In this document: positions 49,481 to 64,000 of the stretch, in pieces
Numbering within the stretch: position 1 is the first letter of the stretch
Layout of the letters: the number at the start of each line of letters is the position of its first letter
Assembly: GCF_963921235.1 (NCBI RefSeq)
Contig: NC_086108.1
Coordinates: forward strand, 45,510,001 to 45,574,000
Direction: 5' to 3'
Length of the DNA: 64,000 nucleotides
Source: Mobula hypostoma
Lineage: Eukaryota
Program-made: the position numbers and the translations under genes
The notes under the pieces: generated by a model
The model's input: the letters and a program-made list of their open reading frames with translations, nothing else
Told to the model about the DNA's origin: nothing
Database searches by the model: none

Positions 49481-51144
49481 CATTATATATGAGCATTTAT
49501 ACACGTGTGCTTTGCTGTGTTCACGTTCCTGAATGTAGTATAAGAGAAGCAGGCAAAGGTAAATCAAAAGAAAGATAACGGGAAGGAGAAATGTAAAATT
49601 CTGTGGGAAATAAGCTTTAAAAGTAACTTTTAATGAAATTAGATAGAATACAATAGAGGCAAAATTGGGGATGATTTATGTTAGGCAGCTGTTCCAATAC
49701 TCTGGTCTTATCAAAATTCCAAGTTTTTCCCCAATGCATTTTCAAACTTTTAGAGAGGAAATTCAATTTTTAGCCATAAAACAAGATGGTTACAAGTTAA
49801 AAACTTGGGTCATCTTAGTCCCAATGTGAGTAATCAGGACTTTCTTGCTGTCACATTTGATTGAGCTTTAAAATAGTGAACACCTCTCCACTTCACAAGA
49901 TATAAGACTTGCTTTATTATGAAATTAAATCGTGGTTTAGGCTTTGGCTGGTTATTTTATCCAGTTTTGAGCAGCACACTGTAGAAAGGATGTCAAGGCC
50001 TTGGAGAAGATACAGAGAACATTCTAAACAAGATGACATGCTGGTAATGTAGAAAGGTTTTAAAAGCTAATGTTCTCCTTGCGGCAAAGAATGATAAGGT
50101 GATCGGTGTCTAAAATTTTGAAGGGTTTCAGTAGAGAAGAACTTTTTCCATTTACTCACTGACAAGAGACACTGAACTAAATGACTGGTAAAATAACCAA
50201 GAGGAAGAAGAGAGGAATTATTAACCCAGTGAGTTGATATTATGTGGAAGTCTCTGTTTAAAAAGATGGTAGTAACAGGATTATCAGTAAATTTCAAAAG
50301 GGAATTATTGGAGTAAAACTCTGATAATCTGATGTCTAATTGTCTGGACAACATGAGCCTGAATCCAGCATGGAAATGGGCTGTGACCAGATCTGTGTAT
50401 GGATTGGTACAGAAGAGTATGGAAAATCAGAGGTCAGAGTGTAAGTTGGTGCTGCCAGAACCAGAGTCTGGAGTATTTATATGTGTCTTACTCCATATAA
50501 ATTCACTGGGTTTTGTGGAAAATTTATTGTACCACCGCGAAACATGTAAAAAGTGAAATAAAAGTATGCTTGAAGACTGACGTCTAATGGTCTGGAAAAT
50601 CTGCTAATCTAACACCACCAAGATCCCAAGGGTTCTGAATTATAAGACTTGAAAAGGGAAAAATAAGGCATGAGTGTGGGGGAAGTGCACAATGGTAGAA
50701 CTCATCAAATAGGTTTTTCAAAGAGTCTTTATTTCTAGAGTGGACTTAGTGGTTCTATACCACCTAATAGAAATTTACAAAGTGAAGAATGATTTTAACC
50801 ATTATGCAAATACTAATTTTCTAATCAAGGACATCAGGTTAATTGATCTTCAGTTCCCTAGTTCTACTCTTATTTTTCTTAGTATAAACTGTTTTCAATT
50901 TAAATGATTCGAGGGAATTCTGAGAGATGGTTTTTAGGGCAATGTGCCATCTACTTAATTTACAGGAAAGCTCTGGGACAGAAACTGTCTTACTTTAAGG
51001 ATTTATACTTTTTACAGAAATATCTGTCTGATACTTTAACTTGAATGTGCAGATCTCTAAATGTACTTAAAATTAGCAAGATAATAATCTCATTTTATTG
51101 ATATCTTTATTTGTACCATAAATTTGCTTAAAATTTAGAGAATA

Positions 51145-52318
51145 CACTCAGCAACCACGTTATTAGGTACATCCTGTTCCTAACGAAGTGGCCAACAACG
51201 TGGAACCCGGTGCGGTCTTCTGCTGCTGTAGCCCAACAACTTCAAGGTTCACCGTGTTGTATGAGGGGTGATTGATAAGTTCATGGCCTAAGGTAGAAGG
51301 AGTCAATTTTAGAAAACCTAGCACATTTATTTTTCAACATAGTCCCCTCCTACATTTACACACTTAGTCCAGCGTTCGTGGAGCATACGGATCTTGGACC
51401 TCCAGAAAGTGTCCACAGCAGGGGTGATTGATTAAGTTCATGGCCTAAGGTAGAAGGCGATGAGTTATACAGCTCTTGTTACATGCACGTGCAGTTCAAC
51501 TCTTTGACTGAAAATGCAAAAAGTTTGAAATTAATAACTCATCGCCTTCCACCTTAGGCCATGAACTTATCAATCACCCCTGGAGCTATTAACTGATGAG
51601 TTATTAACTTCAAACTTTCTGCATAATCACTCAAAGAGTTGACCTGCATGTGCATGTAACGAGAGCTGTATAACTCGTCTCCTTCTACCTTGGTCCACAA
51701 ACCTATCAATCACCCCTGCTGTGGACACTTTCTGGAGGTCCAAGATCCGTATGCTCCAGAACCACTGGTCTAAGTGTGTACATGTAGGAGGGGACTATGT
51801 TGAAAAATAAATGTGCTAGGTTTTCTAAAATTGACTCCTTCTACCATAGGCCACAGACTTATCAATCACCCCTCGTGTGTTCAAGGATGCTCTTTTGCAT
51901 AGCACTGTTGTAATGCATGGTTGTGTTAGTTACCATCACCTTCCCTCTGGCCATTCTCCTCTGACCTCTGTCATTAACAAAGCATTTTTTCCCCCACAGA
52001 ATTGCTGCACACTGGATGATTTCATTTACCCCACCATTCTCTGCAAACTCTAAAGTCTGTTATGTATGAAAATCCCAGGAGATCATCAATTTCTGAGATA
52101 GTCAAACCATCCCATCTGCAAGCAACAATCATTCCACGATCAAAGTCACTTAGATCACATTTCTTCCCAGTTCTAATGTTTGGTCTGAACCACGACTGAA
52201 CCTCTTAACTATGTCCACATGCTTTAACGAATTGAGTTGCTTCCATGTGATTAGACGATTAGATATTTGCATTAACAAGCAGGTGTGCAGGTATACCTAA
52301 TAAAGTGGCTACTGAGTA
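51145..52318. mobile_element. Non-autonomous Tc1-like element with a nested mariner MITE
   Basis: TA-CACTCAGCAACCACGTTATTAGGTA at the left and TACCTAATAAAGTGGCTACTGAGT at the right. A related piece lies near 37840-37980. Confidence 0.7.
51262..51875. mobile_element. Palindromic mariner-type MITE with arms of about 280 bp
   Basis: TA-TGAGGGGTGATTGATAAGTT...ACTTATCAATCACCCCTCG, near-complete self-complementarity. Confidence 0.85.
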
Positions 52319-52319
52319 T

Positions 52320-55300
52320 TGAAAATTACAGAAAAGTACAGGCCCTTTGGCCCATAATGTTGTGTTGACCTTTTAACATACTCTAAAATCAATTTAACCC
52401 TTTTCTCCAACATAACCTTCCATTTTTCTATCATTTATGAGCCTGTCTAAGAGTCTCTGAAATGAACTTGACGTATCTGCCTCTACCACGACCTTTGGCA
52501 GAGCGTTCCATGGACCCACCACTCTCTGTGGTAAAAAAAAACTTACCTCTGATATCCCCCCTACACTTTCTCTGATCACCTTAAGATTATGCCCCCTTGT
52601 ATTAGCCATTTCTACCCTGGGAAAATGTCTCTGGCTCTCCACTCGATCTATGCCTCTTATCATCTGTAGGGATTTGTCAAGTCTCCTTTCATCCTCCTTT
52701 GTGCCAAAGAGAAAACCCCTGGCTCACTCAACCCATCTTCATTAGACATGCTCTCCAATCCTGCACGTCTTATCCTAGTAAATCTCCTCCACACCTTCTT
52801 GAAAGCTTCCATGTCTTTCCTCTAATGAGGCAACCAGGACTGAAGACCATATTCCAGGTGCGGTCTAACCAGAACTTTGTAGAGCTGTAACATTATCTTG
52901 GGGCTCTTGAACTCAATCCCCTGACTAATGAGGGCTAACATACCATACGCCTTCTTTACAACTCTGGCAGTTGACGTGGCAACTTTGAGGGATCAATTAA
53001 TATAGACCCCAAGATTCCTCTGTTCCTTCACACTGCTTTCAAATTCAACCTTTCAAAGTGAATTACGTCATGATTTTCCAGGTTCAACTGCATCTGTCAC
53101 TTCAAAACCCAGCTTGATGTCTCGTTGTAACCCACAACAATCTTTTACACTATCCGTAACACCATCAGCCTTTGTGTCTTCTGCAAACTTACCAGCCCAC
53201 TCTACCACTTCATCATCCAGGTTATTTATAAAAATCACAAAGAGGAAGGGTCCCAGAACAGATTCCTGCAGAACACCATTAGTCATTAACCTTCAGGCAG
53301 AATACACTTCATCTACGACAATCCTCTGCCTTCTGTGGCAAGCCAATTCTGAATCTATGTAGCCAAGTTTCCCTAAATCCCACGCCTCTTGATCTTGTCA
53401 AATGCGTTGCTAGACCTTAAGATCATAGTACCATAATACATCGGAGCAGAATTAGGCCATTTGGCCCATTGCTCCGCCATTCCATCATAGCTGACTTATT
53501 ATCCCTCTTAATCCCATTCTCCTGCTTTCTCCCTGTAACCTTTGATACCCTGACTAGTCAAGAACCTATCAACTTTAAATATACTCACTGACTTGGCCTC
53601 CACAGCCATCTGTGGCAATGAATTCCACAGGTTCACCTCTCTCCGGCTAAAGAACTTCCTCCTCATCTCTGTTCTAAATGGATGTTCCTCTATTCTAAAA
53701 CTATCCTCTCTGCTCTCAGACTCAACCACTATACATCCTCTCTACATCCACTCTATCTAGGTCATTCAATAGGTTTCAACGAGATCCTCCCTCATTCTTC
53801 TAAACTCCACTGAGTACAGGTCCAGAGCCACCAAAATCTACTCATACACTAACCATTTCTTTCCCAGAATCATTCTCATGAACCCCCTTTCTAATGCCAG
53901 CACATCTCAAGTTCCTGGGTGTCAATATGTCTAAAGATCTAACCTGGCCCCAACAATCGATACAGCTATAAAGAAGGCAAGACAGCAGCAATATTTCATT
54001 AGGAGTTTGAGTTGATTTGGTTTGTCACCTAAAGCTCAAAAACTTCTACAGATGTACCATGGAGAGCATTCTGACAGGCTGCACAGGATCAAAGTAAACT
54101 GCAGAGAGTGGTAAAATTAGGCAGCTCCGTCATGGGTACTGGCCTCCATAGTGTCCAAGATACCTTCAAGGAGTGGTGCCTCAGAAAGGCGGCGTCCATC
54201 ATTAAGGACCCCCATCACCCAGGGCATGTCCTCTTCTCATTGTTATCATCAGGAAGGAGGTACAGAAGCCTGAAGACACACACTCAGTGATTCAGGAACA
54301 GATTCTTCCCCTCTGCCATCTGATTTCTGAATGGAGATTGAACTCATGAACACTACCTCACTACTTTTATTTATTTCTGTTTTTGCACTACTTACTTTAA
54401 TTAAGCTATTCAACATACATTACTTGTTGTAATTCAGTTTTTTAAAATACTTATCATATATTTTGCATTGTACTGTTGCTGCAAAGTTAACAAATCTCAT
54501 ACAACATATGTTTGTGATATTAAACCTGATTTGATCTTTCCTTAGTTAAGGGGCCCTAAACTGTTCACAATACTCCAAGTGCAGTCTGGCCAATGTCTTA
54601 TGAAGCCTCAGCATCATATCCTTACTCTTATGTTCTTGTCCTCTCAAAATGAATGCCAACGTTGCATTTGCTTTCCTTACCACTGACTCGACCTGCAAGT
54701 TAACCTTTAGGGAATCCCTTTACTCCACTGATTTTAGAAAATATTCTATGCCTTTATTTCTTCTCCCAAAGTGCATGATCATATACTTCTTTGCACTAAA
54801 TGTTCCATCTGCCACTTCTTTTCTCAATCTCATAATCTGTCTAAGTCCTTCTGCAGACTCCCTGCTTCCTCAACACTATCTTCCCCTCCACCTATCCTCA
54901 TATCGTCAGCAGACTTGGCCACAAAGCCATCAATTCCATCTTCCAAATCACTGACGTATAACATGAAAAGGAACGGTCCCAACATCGGCCTCCACAGAGC
55001 ACCGCTAGTCACTAGCAGCCAACCACAAGAGACCCTCTTTATTCCTATTCTTTGCCTCCTGCCAGTCTGCCAATCTTTCCTGTAATACCGGGGGCTCTTA
55101 TCTTGTTAAGCAGCCCTCATCAAAGTCCTTCTGAAAATCCAAGTAAACAGCACCCACTGACTCTCCTTTGTCTAACCTGCCTGTATTTTCTCAAAGAATT
55201 CCAACAAATCTGTCAGGCAAGATTTCCTGTTAAGGAAACCATGTTGAGTTTGGCCTATCTAATCATGTGCCTCCAAGTATCCCGAAAGCTCCTCCTAAAT

Positions 55301-57690
55301 AATGGACTCCAACACCTGGTTAAAATGGCATTACTAAGCACATGTGACAGCTCTCTGGTTGTTAAAAAGTTAAGAAATCTGACTGAAAACAACACTAACA
55401 ATAACTTTTCTGAGGTAAATTCTGTTAAATTATTGCTGCAAAAACTAAAGTTTCATCGCAGATGGAGTTCCAATGCAAATGGCAAAGTACATCTGGCCCG
55501 GGTGCAAGGTTGGATTGCTCTGGGTGCCAACCTGATTTGAAGAACTTGAGAGCAGTTTCAGGCTGAGTGGCAAAATCTGGGCCCAGAGCTACTTGGCAGC
55601 ATGGTCTAGTCCTGGAGCCTTTCGCTGCAGTGGCAGCCAGCTCGTAGTACAAGGTACGATTCATTTTATAGACAATTTAAATACCGGCCCAGATCAGAGC
55701 CGAATGACAATTTCACTCGCTCTCCACGATATTCACCCCTCTCTCCAGGGCACTGAAGCTTTTTGCTTTTCCGTTGTTTGGTCAAATTAAACACCGGCCC
55801 AGGTAGACTGAAGATACAAGGTGTTGGGATCAGATGCAAGAGCCGATTTTGCTCGTTCTCCATGGTGCTGAGGTTATGAAGACTGTCCTGGCTGCTGTGC
55901 TCCATGCCTGCTAATATGATGAACTGATAAGTGAGGCTTCGGGCCTACTCTGAGTTGCTCTGGTGTTTGGACTCAATTTTGGTTTCAAATGTTATTGTTG
56001 CTCCAATTGTTTGCTTGATATCCATTTTTATTCTTTCTCTTGACATCAGCTGTTGGTTTTTTAAAATTTTTCTTTACTCTTTAATTGGTTTCTTTTGGGA
56101 TTCTTGCTTTGTGGCTACCTGTGAACAAACAATTCCCAAGGTTATATAATTTATACATTCTTTGATAATAAATGTACTTGAATCTTGAATCTTTCCAGCC
56201 ACAGAAGTCAGGATAATTGGCCTATAATCCATATACACAACATCCACACTCTACCTTCATCAATGTGTTTTGTCATGTCCTCAAAGAATTCAATCAGGCT
56301 CGTGAGGCATGTCCCCTCCCCTCACAAAGCCATGCTACCATCCCTAATCAGACTATGCTTCCCCACATGCTTGTAACTAAGAAACCTCTCTGATAATTTG
56401 ACCACCATTGAAGTAAGACTGTCATTCCCAACAGTATCCCTACTCCCTTTCTTGAATAAAGGAATAGTACTTGCCTCCTTCCAATAATGTTGTAGTACTC
56501 TTGTAGCCAGTGAAGATGCAAAAGATCACCAAAATCACCAAAGCAGAGCAATCTCTTCCCTCACTTCCTATAGTATGCTGGCATCTATCCCATCCAGCTC
56601 CAGGGACTTCTCTAACTTCATATTCTTCAAAACTTCCAGCACATCCTCTTTCTTAACATTGACATTTTCTAGCATATCAGCCTCATTTACACTGTCCTTG
56701 TAAGCATCAAGGCCCTGTCTCACTAGTGAGTACTGAAGCACAGTATTCAATAAGGATCTCCCCTCCCTCCTCTGGTTCTGGGTACGTTTCCCCATTCATC
56801 CATTATCGGTCCTACCCTCACTCTAGTCATCCTGTTCTTCATATACATGTTGAACATCTTGGGGTTTTACTTAATCTTACTCACCAAGTCTTCTCATGCC
56901 TGCTCGAGCTCTCCTTTCCATTTTAAAGTTCCTTCCTATCTACCTTGTAACTCTCTAGAGCCCGGTTTCATCCTTGCTTTCTAAACCTTAAGGAAACTTC
57001 TTTCTTCTTCTTGACTAGATATTTCACATCTCTCGTCTACCATGGTTCCTTTTGTCAATCATGCTTCCTTCCCTCTACCATCATTCCTCTGCCTCAGTAG
57101 GATAAACCAGTTCAGAACCATATAGAAGAGCTCCCTAACCAATGCCCAGTTTCGGTCGTGAATTTCCCTGAGTGCATTTGTTCCCAATTTGTGCTCCCAG
57201 GTTCCTGCTGAAGAGCATCATAATTCATCCTTCCCCCAATTATTTTCCCATACTGTCTGTGCCTATCCCTCTCCAAAGCTATTGTTAAGCTCAGGGAGTT
57301 GTAGTCAATGTCTCCGAAATGCTCACCCACCAAGAGTTCTGTCACCTGACCTGGTTCATTGCCTAGTAATCAATTATGGCCTCTCCCCTATTCGGCCTGT
57401 CTACATATTGTGTCAAGAATCCTTCCTGGACACACCTAACAAATTTTCCCCCATCTAAACCTTTTGCACTAAGGAGATGTAATCAGTACTAGGTAAAATA
57501 AAATCATGACACCATTCCAAAATCTGCCTCCCAATCCGTTCCTCGGTGTCTCTGTTGTTATGGGGGCGGGGGGGGGGGTTTCTACAGAATACTCACAATA
57601 GTTATTGCTCCCTTCCTGTTTCTGACTTCCACTGACACTGCCTCAGTAGTCAGCCCCTCCAGGGCAACCTCCCTTTCTGCAGATGTGATA
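52320..57690 (-). mobile_element. Nested decayed CR1 fragments (mostly minus) with a plus-strand Rex piece at about 53905-54530
   Basis: Several RT and 3' fragments, including ESVLGPFLFVIFINNLD, KSADDMRIGG and EHFGDIDYN. Confidence 0.75.
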
Positions 57691-57699
57691 CCATCACTA

Positions 57700-60600
57700 A
57701 TTAACGGGACTACAGGAGACAGATAAATGGGTGACTGTCAGGAGAGGGAAGGGAGAACGTCAGATAGTGGAGAGCACCACTGTAGTCATCCCCTTCAACA
57801 ATAAGAACTCCATTTTGAGTACAGTTGGGGAGGGGTGACCTACCTGGGGAAAGCAACAGTGGCCGTGCCTCTAGGACTGAGTCTTGCCCCGTGCCTCAAA
57901 AGGGTAGGCAACTGAAGAGGATGGCAGCAGAAATAGAGGGTCCAATTGTCGGGGGGCAGATAGACAATTCTGTGGACGCAAAAAGGAAACACGGAATGTA
58001 GTGTGCCTCCCAGGTGCCAGGGTCCGCGATATTTCTGAGCGTGTCCACAATATCCTGAAAAGGGAAGGTAAGCAGCCAGAGGTCATGGTATGTATTGGTA
58101 CAGATGACATAGGTAGAAAAAGGGAGGAGGTCCTGAAAACTGAATACAGGGAGTTAGAAAGGAAGCTGAGAAGCAGGACCTCAAGGGTGGTAATCTCGGG
58201 ATTGCTGCCTATGCCACGTGACAGTGAGGGTAAGAATAGAATGAGGTGGCAGATAAATGTGTGCTGAAGAATTGGAGCAGGGGGCAGGAATTCAGATTTC
58301 TGGATAATTGGGACCTCTTCTGGGACAGGTGTGACCTGTACAAAAGGGACAGGTGGCACTTGAATCCGAGGGGGACCAATATTCTTGCGGGCAGGTTTAC
58401 TGGAGCTGTTGGGAGTAGCTTAAACTACTATGGAAGGTGGATAGAAGCCAGTATGAGAGAGCTAAGGATGAGCCAGCAGGTTTACAAGTAGATGATGGGT
58501 GTAACATGAATGTAAGGAAGGACAAGCCAAAGATTGAGTACAAATGCAGACAGTGCGAATAGTTACTTTGTACCACAGAGGCAAAATTCAAAAGGACAAA
58601 GAATGCAAGACTGAAGGTGTCGTATTCAAATGCACGCAGCATTCAGAATAAGGTGGATGAACTCACAGCGCAATTAGAGATTGATCAGTATGACGTTGTA
58701 AGACTCAGCATCGTTGAGTCGTGGCTGGAAAAAGGCCATAGTTAGGAGCTTAACATCAAAGGATATACTTTGTATTGAAAGGACAAGCAGGAAGGCATAG
58801 GTGTGGTGTGGCTCTGATGGTAAGAGATGGAATTACATCATTAGAAAGAGGTGACGTGGAGTCAGAGAATGTTGAATATTTGTGGGTGGAGTTAAGAAAC
58901 TGCAAGGGTAAGAAAGACATTATGGGAGTCATATATAGCCATATAGAGATGTGGGGTTGGGATTGCAAAGGGAGCTGGAAAAGGCATGTAATAAGGGTAG
59001 TGTCACAGTTGTAATGGGGGACTTCAATATGCAAGGGGATTGGGAAAATCAGGTCGGTGTCAGATCACAAGAGAGGGAATTTGTTGAATGCTACAAGATG
59101 GCTTTTTAGAGCAGCTTGTGCTTGAGTCTTCTCGGGGAAAGGCTATCTTAGACTGGGTGTTGTGTATTAGCCCAGATCTTATTAGGGAGCTTAACGTAAA
59201 GGAAGCCTTAGGAGGCAGTGATCATATTATGATTGAATTCACACTGCAATTTGAGGGTGAGTAGCATAAGTCACATGTATCTGTATCACAATGGAATAAA
59301 GGGAATTACAGAGGCATGAGAGAGGAGAACTTGCCCAGGTGGTTTGGAGGAAGCTACTGACAGGGATGATGGCAGAGCAGAGATGACTGAAGGTTCTGAG
59401 AATAGTTCACAAGGTGCAGGATAGATATGTCCCATGGAAGAAGAAGTTCTCAAATGGCAGGGGTAGGCAACCGTGGCTGACAAGGGAAGTTAAGGATTGC
59501 ATAAAAGCCAAGGAAAGTATACGATGCATTGGCCTTCATCAATCATGGAAATTGAGTTTAGGAGCCGAGAGGTAATGTTGCAGCTATATAGGACTCTGGT
59601 CAGAACCCACTTGGAGTATTGTGCTCAGTTCTGGTCGCCTCACTACAGGAAGGATGTGGAAACAGTAGAAAGGGTGCAGAGGAGATTTACAAGGATGTTG
59701 CCTGGATTGGGGAGCATGCCTTATGAGAATAGATTGAGTGAACTCGGCCTTTTCTCCTTGGAGTGACAGAGGATGAGAAGTGACCTGATAGATATGTATA
59801 AAATGATGAGAGGTATTGATCGTGTGGATAGTCAGAGGTTTTTTCCCAGGGCTGAAATGGCTAGCATGAGAGGGCACTGTTTTAAGGTGCTTGGAAGTAG
59901 GTACAGAGGAGATGTCAGGGGTAAGTTTTTTACGCAGAGAGTGGTGAGTGCATGGATTGGGCTGCTGGTGACAGTGGTGGAGGCAGATATGATAGGGTCT
60001 TTTAAGAATCTCCTGGACAGGTTCATGAAGCTCAGAAAAATAGAGGGCTGTTGGTAACCCTAGGTAATTTCTAAGGTAAGGACATGTTTGGCACAGCTTT
60101 GTGGGCCAAAGGGCCTGTATTGTGCTGTAGGTTTTCTATGTTTCTATGTTTCTATGAAAGGGCATATAAGGTAGCAAAGGTGAGTGGGAAGTTGGATGAC
60201 TGGGAAGCTTTTAAAGTCCAACAAAAGGTAACTAAAGAGTTATAAGAAGGGAAAAGATGAAAAATGAGAGTAAACTAGCTGATAATATAAAGCAGGATGC
60301 TAGAAGCTTTTTCATAGAAACATAGAAACATAGGTGCAGGAGTAGGCCATTCGGCCCTTTGGGCCTGCACCGCCATTCAGTATGATCATGGCTGATCATC
60401 CAACTCAGAACCCTGTACCAGCTTTCCCTCCATACCCCCTGATCCCTTTAGCCATTCACTTATATAAAGAGTAAAAGGGAGGTGAGAGTTGATATTGGAC
60501 CACTGGAAAATGATGCTGGTGAGGTAGCAATGGGGGACAAAGAAATGGCAGATAACTTCATAAGTACTTCAGAATCAGAATCAGGTTTATTATCACCGGC

Positions 60601-63120
60601 ATGTGTTGTGATATTTGTTAACTTAGCAGCAGCAGTTCAATATAATACATAATACAGAAGAAGAAGTAAAAAAAATAATAAATCAGTAAATCAATTACGG
60701 TATATGTATATTGAAAAGATTAAAAATCATGCAAAAAAACCTGAAATAATATATATTAAAAAGGTGCAGTAGTGTGCATGGGTCCAATGTCCATTTAGGA
60801 ATCGGATGGCAGAGGGGAAGAAGCTGTTCCTGAACCACTGAGTGTGTGCCTTCAGGCTTCTGTATCTCCTACCGGATGGTAACAGTGAGAAAAGGGCATG
60901 CCCTGGGTGCTGGAGGTCCTTAATAATGGGTGCTGCCTTTCTGAGACACTGCACCTTGAATATGTCCTGGGTACTTTGCAGGCTAGAACCCAAGATGGAG
61001 CCGACTAAATTTACAACCTTCTGCAGCTTCTTTCAGTCCTGTGCAGTAGTCCCTCCATACCAGACAGTGACGCAGCCTGTCAGAATGCTCTCCATGGTAC
61101 ATCTATAGTTTTTGAGTGTATTTGTTGACATACCAAATCTCTTCAAACTCCTAATGAAGTATAGTCACTGTCTTGCCTTCTTTATAACTGCATCGAAATG
61201 TTGGGACCAGGTTAGGTCCTCAGAGATCTTGACACCCAGGAACTTGAAACTGCTCACTCTCTCCACTTCTGATCCCTCTATGAGGATTGGTATGTGTTCC
61301 TTCGACTTACCCTTTCTGAAGTCCACAATCAGCTCTTTTGTCTAACTGACGTTGAGTGCCAGGTTGTTGCTGCGACATCACTCCATTAGTTGGCATATCT
61401 TGCTCTTGTACACCCTCTCATCTCCATTTGAGATTCTATCAACAATGGTTGTATCATCAGCAAATTTATAGATGTATTTGAGCTGTGCCTAGCCACACAT
61501 ACATGGGTATAGAGAGGGTAGAGCAGTGGGCTAAGCACACACTCCTGAGGAGCAGGCGTACAACAGTCTTCACTGTAGAAGACACAAGTAGTGTGCTAGA
61601 GGTCCATGAGTGTCAGGGAGCAGGAGTGAGTGCCATTGCTATTGGCAAGGAAGAAGTGCTAGGCAAATTGAAAGATATTAAGGTGGATGTCACCTGGGCC
61701 AGATGGACTACATCCCAGAGTCCCAAAAGAGGTTGCTGAAGAGATAGCTGATGTATTGGTCATGGTCCTTCAAGAGTCACTTGATTCTGGCATGGTCTCA
61801 GAGCACTGGAAAATTGCAAATGTCACTTCTCTCTTTAAGAAGGGAGGAAGGCAAAATAAAGGAAATTATAGCCAATTAGCCTAACCTCAGTAGTTGGGAA
61901 AGAGTTGGAGTCTATTAAAGGATGGGGTTTCAGGGTACTTGGAGACAAATGCTAAAATAAGTCAAAGTCAGCATGGTTTCTGGAAAATCTGTTCTTGCCT
62001 GACAAACCTGTTCAAGTTCTTCAAGGGAGTAACAAGAAGGGTGGAAAAAGGAGAGGCAGTGCGTGTCATTTAGTTGGATTTTCAGAAGGCATTTGATAAA
62101 AGCCACCCATGAGGCTGCTTAGCAAGATAAAATCCTAGGGCATTACAGGAAAGATACTGGCATGGATAACAGAATGGCTGACAGGCAGGAGGCAGTGAGT
62201 GGGAATATAGGAGACTTTTTCTGGTTGGCTACTAGTGACCAGTGGTGTTCTTCTGGGGTCAGTATTAGGACTGTCACTTTTCACATTGTTTGTCAATGAT
62301 TCAGATAATGAACTGATGGCTTTCTGGCAAAGTTTGCAGATGTTACGAAGATAGGCGGAGGGGTAGGTAGTGCTGATGAAGCAATGTGATTGCAGCAGGA
62401 CTTAGACAAATTAGAAGAATGGGCAAAAAATTGGCAGATGGAACACAATGATAGAAAATCTATGATAATGCATTTTGGTAAAAGGAACAATAGTACGTAC
62501 TATTATCTAAATGGGAAGGTTCAAACATCAGAGGTACAAAGGGACTTGGGAGTCCTCGTGCAAGACTCCCAGTAAGCTAATTTACAGGTTGAGTCTGTGG
62601 TAAAGAAGGCAAATACAATATTGGCATTTATTTTCAAGGGGAATAGAATATAAAAACAAGGAGATAATGCTAAGGCTTTATAAGATGCTAGTCAGGCTGC
62701 ACCGGGAGTATTGTCAACAGTGTTCGGCCCCATATCTCAGAAAAGATGTGTTGTCACTGGAGAGAGTCCAGAGAAGGTTCACAAGGATGATTCAGGGAAT
62801 GCAGGGGTTAACACATGAGGAGCGTTTGGCTGCTTTGGGCCTGTACTCACTGGAAATTAGAAGGATGTGGGGGGATCTCATTGAAACCTACTAAATGTTA
62901 AAAGTACTAAATAGGGTGGATGTGGAGAGAGGTAAGGAGGAATTTTTTTAGCCAGAGAATAGTGAATTGGTGGAATGTTCAGAACGCTTTGATCGGTCAG
63001 GGCATCAAGGGATATGGCAAGAAGGCACATTTTTGGGGTTGAATGGGATCCTGATGAAATGATGGAGCAGACTCGATGGGCTGAATGATGTAATTCTGCT
63101 TTTATGTCTTATGGTCTTAT
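57700..63120 (+). mobile_element. Near-full-length decayed CR1 (esterase ORF1 and broken ORF2) with nested CR1 (about 59515-60155) and Rex (about 60570-61550, minus) insertions
   Basis: ORF 58001-58267 has CLPGARVRDI..IGTDD. Endonuclease and RT remnants include SPGPDGLHPRV and QQDLDKLEEWA. Confidence 0.85.
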
Positions 63121-63614
63121 GTCATTCTCTCACCTCTGTTACATCCCTCCCTGCCCTTTTGAAACATCTACACCCCAGAACATCCAGCAGCCATTTCTGC
63201 CCTTTTGAGAGCCAAGACTCTGTAATGGCCACAGTGTTCTGGTTCCATATGCTGACCAATGCTCTAAGTTCTTGATTGTTCCTGAGACTTATATTAAAAT
63301 AGACAAACTTCAACCATCCAACTGACTGCAATTTATCTCTATCAACTCCCTATCTTTCCTCAGTCTCTCTACACACTACATCTACCTGCACACCTACTAC
63401 CTACTACCCCAACCTCTGACCTATCAAGCAGGTTTCCATCCCCCTGCCAAACTACGTTAAAACCTCCCCAACAACTCCAGCAAACCTGTCTGCAAGGATT
63501 TGGTCCCCCTCAAGATCAGGTATAAAATTTTGCACCAGTCATTCCTTCCCCAGAAGCGACCCCAATGATCCACTAACCTGAAACCCTCCCCTGTGCACCA
63601 ATTCCTCAGCCACT

Positions 63615-64000
63615 TCAAACTTTCTGCAGTTTCACTCAAAGAGTTGAACCGCACGTGCATGTAACAAGAGCTGTATAACTCATCTCCTTCTACCTTAGGC
63701 CACGAACTTATCAATCTCCCCTGCTGTGGACCACCTGGAGGTCCAAGACACTCTCGTTACATGCACGTGCAGTTCAACTCTTTGAGTGATAATGCAGAAA
63801 GTTTGAAGTTAATAACTCTTCTCCTTCTACCTTAGGCCACGAACTTATCAATCACCCCTGCTGTGGACCACTTCTACAAATAAGGGATCCGTATGCTCCA
63901 TGACTGCTGGACTAAGTGTGTACATGTAGGAGGGAACTATGTTGAAAAATAAACGTGCTAAGTTTCTAAAATTGACTCCTTCCACCTTAGGCCACTAACT
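63615..64000. mobile_element. Second copy of the mariner-type MITE, running off the window
   Basis: Matches about 51600-51860, with an internal rearrangement. Confidence 0.85.

Overview
This is a repeat-saturated vertebrate locus. The mix of CR1 with esterase ORF1, Rex/Babar, Penelope, Gypsy, hAT, Harbinger and Tc1/mariner elements suggests a cartilaginous fish, probably a ray; that is an inference. I found no convincing host gene. The AT-rich stretches between the transposons are not unique host DNA. Read on the minus strand through stops and frameshifts, they give heavily decayed foamy-virus (spumaretrovirus) proteins. These comprise six env pieces (about 3.0-3.9, 16.2-17.0, 22.3-23.4, 31.8-34.9, 40.4-42.0 and 47.9-48.5 kb), two gag pieces (about 15.5-16.0 and 48.6-49.5 kb), a PPT with a long U3, and a possible U5/PBS. 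Almost no pol is present. Where env copies overlap they are strongly diverged from each other, yet all lie on the same strand. This looks like a strand-biased archive of several endogenous foamy virus lineages, possibly a piRNA-cluster-like trap. In the best-preserved unit (env - accessory region - PPT - LTR, 34.9 to 23.4 kb), removing later insertions reveals a decayed gene with a signal peptide, Ig-superfamily domains and a hydrophobic segment, where mammalian foamy viruses carry tas/bel2. All protein matches were made by eye against prototype foamy virus (PFV) sequences recalled from memory and need HMM/tBLASTn confirmation. Boundaries of decayed pieces are approximate. One young CR1 has an intact 978-aa ORF2.
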